A stretch of 64,000 nucleotides of DNA from an uncultured bacterium (GTDB lineage: Bacteria > Verrucomicrobiota > Verrucomicrobiia > Verrucomicrobiales > DEV007). A program made the translations under genes and the position numbers. Each line of letters begins with the position of its first letter. The first letter of the stretch is position 1. Below the pieces are notes generated by a model that saw only the letters and a program-made list of their open reading frames with translations, made no database searches and was not told the origin of the DNA. The stretch covers positions 292,422 to 356,421 of the forward strand of contig CAXBMO010000005.1 of the NCBI GenBank assembly GCA_963977015.1, written 5' to 3'. Shown one piece after another: positions 38,503 to 47,795 of the stretch.

Positions 38503-39717
38503 ATGGAGGAGCAAAAAACATCTCTCATCCATATCATCACGGGACTCGAAGTTGGAGGAGCTGAGATGATGCTCTGCCGCTTTCTCGAGCATGCAGATCA
38601 ATCCCGGTTCCATCATACGGTTGTTAGTCTCAAAGGAGAAGGGAAACTGGGTGCGCAACTCACCAAGTCCGGCATTCCCCTCATTTCCTTGGGATTGAAT
38701 CATCCGCTTCGCGCGATTCCGGGCATGGCCAGGCTCGTCAAAATCTTACGCCAGCAGCAACCAGACCTCGTGCAAATGTGGCTAACTCATGCCTCTCTCC
38801 TTGGTTCGTTGGCATGCCTCCTGGCGGGCATTCGCTCCATCGTTTGGACCATCCACACGGGCAATCAGGACGAATCCCGCGTCAAACCGTCCATTCGATG
38901 GATGACCAAACTCCTCGCGAAGGCCTCTCACTGGCTACCACGCATCATCGTTTCCTGCTCGGAAACCGCCAAAGCGCGTCATGAGTCCCTGGGCTATCGT
39001 TCCGAAAAGATTATCGTTATCCCCAATGGAACGGATCCTGTGGCATATCAGCCCTATCGAGAAGAGGCCGCTCAGTTGCTTAACGAATTGGGTATCCCCA
39101 ATGGAGAACCCGCCATCGGTATCGTTGGGCGATGGACTCCGGAAAAAGATCACCAGACATTTTTTGAAGCCGCACTCAAGATCCAGGAACGTCTACCCGA
39201 AGTTCATTTTCTGATTTGTGGTCCTGAAATGGAGCCAACCGACGAAAGAGTGGCTGGATTCCTGTCACGCTCTCAACTCCCCGAGCATTTTCACTTTCTG
39301 GGTTCGCGAAGTGATATGCCTCTTCTCTATGCAGGAATGAAGTTGCTCGCACTCACGTCCGTTAGTGAAGGCTTCCCTTTGGTTCTGGGCGAAGCGATGG
39401 CCTGCGAAACTCCTTGTGTCGCAACTCGCGTTGGCGATTGCGAACAGATCGTTGGGGATACCGGCGTCATTACGGAGATCGAAGATCCGAGCGCAATCTC
39501 TCTGGCGTGGGAAAAAATACTTACCCTGAATTCCGCAGACTACCAAAAGCTTTCGGAACAAGCACGACGTCGCATTATCGATCACTTCAGCATTCAGGAA
39601 TGCGTAACCAGTTACGAACGCCTCTACCGGGAACTCGCAACCGCGCCCTCCAGGAATTGCGAGCCCTCCCCCCTTGTACCTAATGAAACACCCGTCACTC
39701 ATATCCACAGACATTGA
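38503..39717 (+). CDS. GT4-family glycosyltransferase (similar to preceding gene)
   Basis: GGAEMML, PDLVQMW, KDH, SEGFPLVLGEAMAC..PCVAT.VGD. Confidence 0.9.
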   Translation: MEEQKTSLIHIITGLEVGGAEMMLCRFLEHADQSRFHHTVVSLKGEGKLGAQLTKSGIPLISLGLNHPLRAIPGMARLVKILRQQQPDLVQMWLTHASLLGSLACLLAGIRSIVWTIHTGNQDESRVKPSIRWMTKLLAKASHWLPRIIVSCSETAKARHESLGYRSEKIIVIPNGTDPVAYQPYREEAAQLLNELGIPNGEPAIGIVGRWTPEKDHQTFFEAALKIQERLPEVHFLICGPEMEPTDERVAGFLSRSQLPEHFHFLGSRSDMPLLYAGMKLLALTSVSEGFPLVLGEAMACETPCVATRVGDCEQIVGDTGVITEIEDPSAISLAWEKILTLNSADYQKLSEQARRRIIDHFSIQECVTSYERLYRELATAPSRNCEPSPLVPNETPVTHIHRH

Positions 39718-40813
39718 AGTCGTAAGCGACGAAGACCGCTTCTTCGAGCTTGGCGATGATTGGAATTCGTTCCTTCAGCAATGTTCCTGTTCCAGCATCT
39801 TCATGACCTGGGAATACCTGTCGAACTGGTGGAAGGCCTATGGCAAGAGTTTCCAACTCTATACGGTCTTACTAAGAGATTCAGAGAGTGGCGAACTCAT
39901 CGGAATGGCCCCTTTGATGATTGGAAGGGGTCACACCTATCCCCGCAAAGCATTCCGCCACCTCACCTTTTTGGGTGGGCTTGGAGACTCCCTCGCCGAG
40001 TATCAAGACTTCGTGATTCGCCCTGATTACGAAGATCAGTTTTTCACGGCCTTGATGGATCACCTCTTTGCCGAACAAAAGAAATGGGATGTCATTAGTT
40101 TCCCCCTGATTGATGAGTCATCGTCAACCTTGATTCATCTGGTCGAGGAGTTCCCCAAACTGGGTACTCATGTCGTTCAATTGTCTTCACGTCCCTCGCC
40201 GCACATCACGCTCCCTGAAAGTTGGCAAGAGTTTCTCAGCTTGAAGTCCAAGAACTTCAAAAAGCAGTTCAACAATCATTGGAACCGGCTCCACAAAAAG
40301 CATGAAGTCGAATGGTTGGATGCGGGCAAGGATATCGAAGTTCAAGAGGCACTTCAGATCGTCAGTGATCTCAATAAAGAACGCTGGGGAGAAAAGGGAG
40401 ACACGTTCAAATCAGAGGAATTCAACGCGTTCCACAAGTCCCTGGCAGATAGCTTTGCGGCAAAAGGTTGGCTCTATCTCAGACTCCTTAAGGTCGATGG
40501 AAAGTTTGCCGCAGCACGCTACGACTTCCTCTACGATAACAAGCTCTGGAACTATCAAAACGGATGGCTACCGGAACTCGCCCATCTCTCCCTCGGGAAA
40601 ATGATGATCGGAGATTGTGTCAAGTGGTGCATTGAACAGGGAATTCGGGAGTATGACTTCCTTGCAGGAGATACCGACTACAAAAAGTCATGGGCAACGA
40701 GTTCCAGACAATTGATGACGATCGAAGTCACCAATCCTTCGAGCCGCAAGGCGCTTGCCTTTCAGCAGCTTCGCCGCATCAAGAACTACATGGATCGACG
40801 AGCGGCTTCCTGA
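39683..40813 (+). CDS. GNAT acetyltransferase, CelD/BcsL-like
   Basis: FMTWEYL.NWW, LIGMAPL, S.GK, GIREYDFL.GD..YK..W. Confidence 0.82.
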   Translation: MKHPSLISTDIEVVSDEDRFFELGDDWNSFLQQCSCSSIFMTWEYLSNWWKAYGKSFQLYTVLLRDSESGELIGMAPLMIGRGHTYPRKAFRHLTFLGGLGDSLAEYQDFVIRPDYEDQFFTALMDHLFAEQKKWDVISFPLIDESSSTLIHLVEEFPKLGTHVVQLSSRPSPHITLPESWQEFLSLKSKNFKKQFNNHWNRLHKKHEVEWLDAGKDIEVQEALQIVSDLNKERWGEKGDTFKSEEFNAFHKSLADSFAAKGWLYLRLLKVDGKFAAARYDFLYDNKLWNYQNGWLPELAHLSLGKMMIGDCVKWCIEQGIREYDFLAGDTDYKKSWATSSRQLMTIEVTNPSSRKALAFQQLRRIKNYMDRRAAS

Positions 40814-40816
40814 TTC

Positions 40817-43066
40817 TCAGATGGCGGGTTCCCCAATCCCGAGACTTTTCAGTTCCTGAGCGACCAGTTTGCCGACGATATCTGCAGGCAAGGCAAAGGT
40901 TTTAATGCGTCCGGCGCGCGCGATATTGATTCCGATCACATTACCTTCCAGATCGACGACCGGACCACCACACTCCTGCGGTTTGATCGGTAGATCCGTC
41001 TGCAGGGCTTTGGGGTATTCCGTGCGACGTTCGCTCAGCTTCGTTCCCATCTGATTCATCTTTTGATTTCGCTCTGTCATCCCCCGGTCCACCAAGCTAC
41101 GATCCCCAAGCGTCACATCCAGGGTTCGGCGTTTCTGATTCCGGAGGAACGTGATTTCAACAGCTTCCCCGGGCTCCGATTCGCTGATCGCCCGAATAAG
41201 CTTCTCCGGCGTGTCACAGACCTCCGAGTCCACCTTGGTGATAATGTCTCCCGGACGAATCCCGGCTTTTCCTGCGTTTCCTTCTGACAATACCTGGGTC
41301 ACGCGAACTCCGTCTGAGTGGGGCGCCGTGCCAATTCCCAAAAACCCCTTGTTCTTGCTCGACATGCTCCGGGGATGGACACTCACGACGCCGATCGCAA
41401 CGGGATCCGGACCGGAGCCGGCCGCCGCCAATAACGAGCCCAGAGGCAGGCTGGCACGTTGATCCCAATCCACCGCGACCAGTCGGGAGTCCGTTCTTAT
41501 CTTGATGAGCGCCAAGTCGTAGTTTGGGAACGTTTTCACGACGTTTGCAGGCGCTTGTTCGTCTTTGCTTAACATCACCGTCAACGCCTGATTGTTCTTC
41601 GTCTCAATCTCGCTGGCCTTCGTCAAGGCATAACCATCTTCATGAACAACCGTGCACAGACTCTTCCATTCCTGCCCGCGAAACACGAGGTGGGTTGCAT
41701 CCGAAGCGGAGACAACGGACGGGCGAAACGCATTCATCACTTCCCGGAAGAATCCTTCGCCAACGAAAATCGGCTTGTCAGGATTAAACTTCCCGGGTTC
41801 CACCGTATCTTCGCCAAACATCTCAACGAGTTTTGCCTGATCCTTCTCGTTGAGCGTTCGACCAAAACGCATCATGAATCCAGCCAGTTCATCGGTTCCA
41901 CCGTATTTTTCGACCATTTCGCGACTGATCTGAAAGTCACCCTCCTTCAGGAATCCCCGCATCAGTTTGTTGAATTCAGGCTGAAGGACACGTCGTTCGC
42001 GATTCGTCAGCGATTTTCGCTCTGCATCTCTTGGGGCTCTACGCATTTGGGGAGATTCTTCCAGGTCCGGCAAGCCGGGAATCTTCTTTGCGGAGATCAA
42101 CTCGATCTCGACATCCTGCTCGACCATGCCCGAACGAATCCGCACCTGAAGCGTGTTTCCCGCACGATAGCGACCAACCTCTTCGATTAAACCCCGCGTA
42201 TCTTCGATGGTCACATTGCCGATCTGCAGCACCACATTCCCAGGTTCCAGCCCAGCTTTTTCAGCGGGAGAACCAGGCATTACCCCACGAATCGCAGCTC
42301 CACCTGACGGGGTGTCTTCCAAAACGACTCCCAGCATCGGGCGCTCCGGGTTATCGAGAAATCCTCCCAAATGGGCGCCACCAAACCGATCCCCGCTGAT
42401 CAGCTTCCCCCAATTGTCGAGAAAGGTCGAAATCGGAACATGATTGTTCTGCGAAAGACTGAATCCGATATTGGAATGTATGCCGACCAAACGGCCATCA
42501 AGATCAAAAAGCGGTCCCCCTGAGTCGCCGCCGATCAAGGCACAGTCGGACATCACAAAGGTCTCTTCGTCGTTGCCGATCACTCGCCCAAGCCTCACGG
42601 GCGGGGTCCGATCTGCCTGAAAACCGCTGGCATGTCCCAACGCGATACACCAATCGTTCCGTTCCAGATCTTTGGAATCCCCCATCTCGACAAAGGGATA
42701 CTCACCATCGTCCGTGATTTGAACCATTGCCGCGTCGCGCGAAAAATCCATTCCCAGCACTTTCGCCTCAGCCCGATCGCCATTGGGAAAGATCACGGTA
42801 ACCTTTTCATTCATCTCAACCGCGACGTGCGCAGCCGTGAGAATCAATCCCCCCTTCGTCACGATGACTCCGCTTCCCGTTCCAAAACGGCGAGCATCAC
42901 CACCGGGGATGAGCGAAACCGTCGCAGGCAAGGCCCTTTCCGTTAGTTCTTGTATCCTTGTCTCGGTGTCTCGCAGGCTCTGAGGAGTAACCGGCGCAGC
43001 ACAAACGTTCGCCAAGAAACCGACAGTCCCCAGCAGTATCGAAAATTTCACTAGATAGGACTTCAT
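40817..43066 (-). CDS. Trypsin-like (HtrA/S1C) serine protease with PDZ domains, duplicated module
   Basis: LTAAHV, DAAMV, GGDSGGP, PDZ (PGSPAEKAGL); second module with LTKASE and PQECGGP; start MKSYL chosen. Confidence 0.88.
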   Translation of the reverse strand: MKSYLVKFSILLGTVGFLANVCAAPVTPQSLRDTETRIQELTERALPATVSLIPGGDARRFGTGSGVIVTKGGLILTAAHVAVEMNEKVTVIFPNGDRAEAKVLGMDFSRDAAMVQITDDGEYPFVEMGDSKDLERNDWCIALGHASGFQADRTPPVRLGRVIGNDEETFVMSDCALIGGDSGGPLFDLDGRLVGIHSNIGFSLSQNNHVPISTFLDNWGKLISGDRFGGAHLGGFLDNPERPMLGVVLEDTPSGGAAIRGVMPGSPAEKAGLEPGNVVLQIGNVTIEDTRGLIEEVGRYRAGNTLQVRIRSGMVEQDVEIELISAKKIPGLPDLEESPQMRRAPRDAERKSLTNRERRVLQPEFNKLMRGFLKEGDFQISREMVEKYGGTDELAGFMMRFGRTLNEKDQAKLVEMFGEDTVEPGKFNPDKPIFVGEGFFREVMNAFRPSVVSASDATHLVFRGQEWKSLCTVVHEDGYALTKASEIETKNNQALTVMLSKDEQAPANVVKTFPNYDLALIKIRTDSRLVAVDWDQRASLPLGSLLAAAGSGPDPVAIGVVSVHPRSMSSKNKGFLGIGTAPHSDGVRVTQVLSEGNAGKAGIRPGDIITKVDSEVCDTPEKLIRAISESEPGEAVEITFLRNQKRRTLDVTLGDRSLVDRGMTERNQKMNQMGTKLSERRTEYPKALQTDLPIKPQECGGPVVDLEGNVIGINIARAGRIKTFALPADIVGKLVAQELKSLGIGEPAI

Positions 43067-43173
43067 GCTCTTTTTGACGAAGTTTAGGTCAAAAAGCTCA
43101 CATTGGGCAATGCTGGAAGTTCCAGGAACCACCAAAAGGCCCACAAATCGTCCTATATTACCGATCTTCGCGC

Positions 43174-44493
43174 TTAAACCAGCTCTCGCATCGGTTTAAG
43201 AGAGGGATCCACCAAACTAAGTGGGCGCCCGGAAAGATCGGTCGAAACCAACTTCGCCGGATTCAACCCGCAATTCTGATAGAGGGTCGCAAAGATCTCT
43301 CCAACGCGAACCGGACGGGACGACGCCTCGCCACCATCCCGGTCGGTCGAACCTATCACCTGCCCGGTCTTCATTCCCCCTCCGGCAAGAAGCGCACTCA
43401 TCACCCGGGGCCAATGATCGCGACCGCCTTTGCCGTTCACTTTGGGGGTGCGACCAAATTCACCCCAAACCACGACACTCACATCGCGATCCAATCCCAA
43501 GTAATGGAGATCTTCAACCAAGGTCGCAACTCCACGGTCCAGAACCGGCAAATTGGCTTCCCTAAGACGCTTGAAGTTGTCGTTGTGAGTGTCCCAACCT
43601 CCGGTGCTCAGTGTCACATACCGCGCCCCGGCTTCAACCAGACGCCTCGCAGTCAGGAATTGGTCGAGATTGCGATGATAGCGCGCATTGACACCCTGCA
43701 GATAGCGGGCGCGTTCGCTTGCATCGGCCTTGTTGGGATCGAGCGCATCGATCAGCCGCGATGAAGTCACCACCTCGAACGCCAACTGGTTGAACTCGTC
43801 CATCCCTTCCATCAACCCACCGGAATCCGCATCACGACGCAGTTGATCAAAACTCGCGAGCAGGTCTTTGCGATCGTCGAGACGTTCTGCATCCAGCCCA
43901 CGTTTTTGAATCATATCGCCCTTCCCCTTGCCATTGGGAAGAAACGGCTGGTGCGCCGCGCCCAAAAAGCCGCCACCACTGCGAGGCGTGTTCATCGAAA
44001 CTCCTGAAGGCATTCCGACGCTGCTTTGGCCGGAGAACTTGCCGAGAACCGCCCCCATCGAAGGCCAACCACCGGCTGGCTCGTTTTTGTTCGTGTGCCC
44101 GGTCTCACATTGATAGGAACTGTGTTGGCCAAAGCTGTCCACGATGGAACGAACCGGCGCAAACTTCTCCATGTTGCGCGCGATTTGCGGAAGATGCTCA
44201 CAAACGCGAATGCCGGGCACGCTTGTGGCCATCGCATTGAATTCCCCGCGAATGTTGCTGGGGGCGTTCTCCTTGATGTCGTAGAGATCCAGATGGGAAG
44301 GGCCTCCTCCCAAATAAATCATGATCACGGATTTCGTCGATGAACCGAGCTCCGCCTGGGATTCCGCTCGCAACAGTTGAGGGAGAGTCATGCCTCCCAT
44401 TCCGCTCATTCCGAGTGCGCCGACTCGCAAAAAATTCCGCCTTGAGGTTCCATCGCAAAAACGAGACTTCTCCTGACTGGATACTGTGATCAT
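43174..44493 (-). CDS. DUF1501 domain protein
   Basis: SRRNFL, LGGGPSHLDLYD, GGWDTH, WGEFGRTP, GRDHW. Confidence 0.92.
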   Translation of the reverse strand: MITVSSQEKSRFCDGTSRRNFLRVGALGMSGMGGMTLPQLLRAESQAELGSSTKSVIMIYLGGGPSHLDLYDIKENAPSNIRGEFNAMATSVPGIRVCEHLPQIARNMEKFAPVRSIVDSFGQHSSYQCETGHTNKNEPAGGWPSMGAVLGKFSGQSSVGMPSGVSMNTPRSGGGFLGAAHQPFLPNGKGKGDMIQKRGLDAERLDDRKDLLASFDQLRRDADSGGLMEGMDEFNQLAFEVVTSSRLIDALDPNKADASERARYLQGVNARYHRNLDQFLTARRLVEAGARYVTLSTGGWDTHNDNFKRLREANLPVLDRGVATLVEDLHYLGLDRDVSVVVWGEFGRTPKVNGKGGRDHWPRVMSALLAGGGMKTGQVIGSTDRDGGEASSRPVRVGEIFATLYQNCGLNPAKLVSTDLSGRPLSLVDPSLKPMRELV

Positions 44494-44591
44494 AGGTAGG
44501 GGTTTTGGGGTTTGCTTAAGAACACGTTCTCAACACGAACCGCCTTTCGAGAAGTCTTCGTCGCCAACACTCGGGACCAACCGAACGCAGC

Positions 44592-45482
44592 TCAACCCCG
44601 GTGCCCCATGACGTCTCCCATCTTCGCGTACACCTCCCGATTCTCAGCTCCGTGTTTCACGAGATCCTCCGCGAGCTGGATTCGTCCCGGCTCAAAAAAC
44701 ATCGCGACCATCGATCCCCCAAATTCAAACCACCCCTTCTCGTCCCCCTTGTGAACCTTCTCGTTCGGCTGGAAATTCTGCCGAATGCTGCCGACATTTG
44801 TCGCCCCAATCTCAAAGATCAAAACCTGCCCAAAGCTCTCCGTCTCGAGTTTCGTCAGCACGCGTTTGTTCTCCACGAGATAGCGGAGGTTCCTTCGAAG
44901 CGCGATCGGGCTCACCGAATACAGCGGTCCGTTGATCAGCTGCGGCGTTCCGGGCACCCCGGAAAGCCCAAAGTGGAAGCGATGATAGTCGACCGGGCAA
45001 AGGCGCGAAAACACCGCCGTGCCTGTTTGATAGCGCTCTGCCAATGCCACATCTCCCAGAAATGACGGAAGATCGAAACGCTGCCCTTTCGCGTAAAATC
45101 CGGATTCCGCCGACAAATCCAGAATCGCGAGATGCCGGCCATCGGCAGGAAACACCGCGGAATCGGCGGCGACATCAATGGGTCGGGCGCCCGGATTCAG
45201 CTGGCGGCTAAAAAACTCGTTGAAGCTGGAGAACGAATCCGCATCGGCAAACTCAGCCGGATCCAATCCGTAGTTCCTGATGAATTCCGCGATTTTGGGG
45301 CGCGTCTTTTCCGAATCCATTTGCCGCCCATACCAACGCGAAAACCAGGCTCGCTTGACAAATGTCTCCAATCCAACCCGGCCGACCGCCGTCTCATAAG
45401 CCCAGCGCAGCCATTTCTCGCCATACACCTGTTCCGTTTCAATCGTGTTGTGCTCGCGGTGATAGAACTGAATTGGCTGCAT
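44592..45482 (-). CDS. psd: Phosphatidylserine decarboxylase
   Basis: FNEFF.R, PADG, RLCPVDYHRFH, GATNVGSI, FEFGGS self-cleavage motif. Confidence 0.92.
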   Translation of the reverse strand: MQPIQFYHREHNTIETEQVYGEKWLRWAYETAVGRVGLETFVKRAWFSRWYGRQMDSEKTRPKIAEFIRNYGLDPAEFADADSFSSFNEFFSRQLNPGARPIDVAADSAVFPADGRHLAILDLSAESGFYAKGQRFDLPSFLGDVALAERYQTGTAVFSRLCPVDYHRFHFGLSGVPGTPQLINGPLYSVSPIALRRNLRYLVENKRVLTKLETESFGQVLIFEIGATNVGSIRQNFQPNEKVHKGDEKGWFEFGGSMVAMFFEPGRIQLAEDLVKHGAENREVYAKMGDVMGHRG

Positions 45483-45581
45483 GGAAATCGTGAAACTCCG
45501 GAATTAGAGGCGTTGCCATCCTATGGCCGAAAACGCTGGAATCGAAAAGATTTTCAGGCTTCGTTGTTCCACCCTAACTCC

Positions 45582-47795
45582 ATGAGATTTTTCCAAGCCC
45601 TGGTAGCGAGTGGTATCGCCATTTTCGCGTTGCCGTTAAGCGCTCAAGATCCTTCGCCCAGTGCGGACATCGATGCGCTGCAGGCGCTTTGGAAGAATTT
45701 GGAGGAGCAACAAACCCAGGTCTCCAAGCTCCGAAAGCAACTCACGGAAAATCAGGCCAAGGTCGACCGGATGATGACGGACCTGCAATCCGTCGCCATC
45801 GGACTTGAACGCGCCGAGTCCACCTTGGCGGTGCGCGGACAAATCAGTCAACTGGTTCAGAAACAACTGAGCAAAAAGGTCGATGCCTGGAAGCCGGCGT
45901 CAGCAACCTCTCCTCCCCTCAAAAAGCGGATCGAGACCTATCAGCTTCACATCGATCAAGCTGAAAAAACCTACGATCGCTCAACCGAAGTCAAGAGCCT
46001 CGTCGCCACGCAAGCCAAACTGCTGCAAACGCGAAGAGTGATCAATCAAGCGATTCAGCAACCCCTGGAAGCTTTCCGTCAAACACGAGCGGAGCTGGAT
46101 CAAGCCAACCTCACACTGGCGGAACTTCGCCGCGACTTCGCCGTTCTCAAACTGCAAACCGTCGAGCAGGCGGATCAAACCGCGCCCCCGTTCCTGCAAA
46201 AGGTCGAGGTTCTTTCCTCGCGAAAACGCCCCGTCTATCAAGCCGAGTGGAAGGCGGTGGGCGTTCGACGTCAGCCTCAGGTTGAGAGGCTGAATGCCCT
46301 GATTGACGCCCAATTTGAACTCCTGACCGTGCGCGAAACCCAGCTCGCGCGGTGGGCTGAAATCGTGCGAATGCGCAACGCCGAGTGCGAACAATTGATC
46401 GCCGAAAGTGAGGACGCAGTTTGGCGCCAATACTGGCAAATTCCGGTGGCGGAGATGAGCCGAGACTCCCAATCCAGTGCCCTGCCGGATGCGGCCAACC
46501 GGGACGTCTCCACCATTCTTCACGAAACGGGCGACCGCCTTCTTCTCCTCGCGACCGGTCAAGCGGCCTGGAGTTACGAGAATGCGGGTTCACTCGCTTC
46601 CCAGGGATTGCTTCCGCTTCCGACCATGGAACAATTGGCGGCCATGGACTGGAGCGAGACGCTGCAAATGGTCCGCGCGGCAGTGAGAGATGAGCCGACC
46701 CGCCAGATTTACGGTGATTCCGGGTTGGTTGATTTGGCCAATATCTGGACAACGGCCGCCCGGGTTCCCTCGGTTGTCGCAACTCGTTCCTTGATCGAGG
46801 ACGTCATCGGTTTCGATGTCAATGAATCTTGGCTTACCATGGTGAACACCGTCGATCGGCAAATCATTGATGCGGCTCCCAAACGCCTGCCCGACTTTGA
46901 ACTGGCGGACGAAACCCGCCAGGCTTGGAAAGACTTCGCCAAGCTGGATGCCCGCCGCATGGTCGCCCTTGCCCACTTCAAATCGACCGCCGTCCTTCAC
47001 TGGATCGATCGGCATGTGCTCAATCTTCTGCTCGATGAACTGGATCGCGTGACGGACGGAACGCCATCAGAATCACTCGACCGAATTCTGATTCGCGCCA
47101 AGGATGAAGCGTTGCAGCGAAAGCGCGATTACCTCGTCAAACTCCAGTTTTCCCGGCCGGGAGTAGCCGTCGCAAAGGTCACGTTGGGCGGCGTTGAGGT
47201 TGCGGTGGATGAAAGCGAGTTGACCGATTCCCGCAGTCCGAACTGGAATGGCAAGATCCGCTTCGACAACATTCCACCAAACGGCCAGTTGGTCGTCGAA
47301 GTTGAAGATCTGGATGATCCCGTCTCAGCCATTACCCTGGATCCAATGGGGGAAAACTGGCTGGGCTATGAACCCGGGCCGGATCTCAATCACCGATTGC
47401 GGGTCGATCGCAGTCCAGAGCGCAGTTTTGTTCTCGTTCTGAATCCGGGAACGGATCCCGCCCAAACTCAATCCACCGTCGCCGCAATTTTTAACGAGGA
47501 AGAGTTCGGGGCGGGAGACGAAATCGCCCTCTATCTCTCGACCGACTCGGGTATTGTCCGCGCCTCATCCTTCACTCAAAACCACGCTCAGGTTTGGACC
47601 GCGATTGAGGCCGCCACAGCCCAGGAAACCCCGCTGCCTCCGTGGGCCGTCGTCACCGCAGGGCGCTATCTCTATAACCAGGGTCGTGGCGACGAGAAGC
47701 GGCTGATCCTCATCGAAGCTCAACCGGCTGAAAAACTGAACGAAGCGCTGTTGGCCGTGCGCGAAATGCGAACCCTGGCAACCACCAAACCGTGA
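45582..47795 (+). CDS. Secreted coiled-coil protein with C-terminal partial vWA-like region
   Basis: Signal peptide MRFFQ..LPLSA, heptad-rich N-terminal part, alternating beta/alpha C-terminus; the ORF extension to 45132 is antisense to psd. Confidence 0.7.
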   Translation: MRFFQALVASGIAIFALPLSAQDPSPSADIDALQALWKNLEEQQTQVSKLRKQLTENQAKVDRMMTDLQSVAIGLERAESTLAVRGQISQLVQKQLSKKVDAWKPASATSPPLKKRIETYQLHIDQAEKTYDRSTEVKSLVATQAKLLQTRRVINQAIQQPLEAFRQTRAELDQANLTLAELRRDFAVLKLQTVEQADQTAPPFLQKVEVLSSRKRPVYQAEWKAVGVRRQPQVERLNALIDAQFELLTVRETQLARWAEIVRMRNAECEQLIAESEDAVWRQYWQIPVAEMSRDSQSSALPDAANRDVSTILHETGDRLLLLATGQAAWSYENAGSLASQGLLPLPTMEQLAAMDWSETLQMVRAAVRDEPTRQIYGDSGLVDLANIWTTAARVPSVVATRSLIEDVIGFDVNESWLTMVNTVDRQIIDAAPKRLPDFELADETRQAWKDFAKLDARRMVALAHFKSTAVLHWIDRHVLNLLLDELDRVTDGTPSESLDRILIRAKDEALQRKRDYLVKLQFSRPGVAVAKVTLGGVEVAVDESELTDSRSPNWNGKIRFDNIPPNGQLVVEVEDLDDPVSAITLDPMGENWLGYEPGPDLNHRLRVDRSPERSFVLVLNPGTDPAQTQSTVAAIFNEEEFGAGDEIALYLSTDSGIVRASSFTQNHAQVWTAIEAATAQETPLPPWAVVTAGRYLYNQGRGDEKRLILIEAQPAEKLNEALLAVREMRTLATTKP

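Noticed and set aside
45132-45581. N-terminal extension of the 887-aa ORF (and similar extensions of the kinase, Fur, dapL and YfiR ORFs)
   Set aside because: Overlap real neighbouring genes; better starts with signal peptides or family N-termini lie downstream
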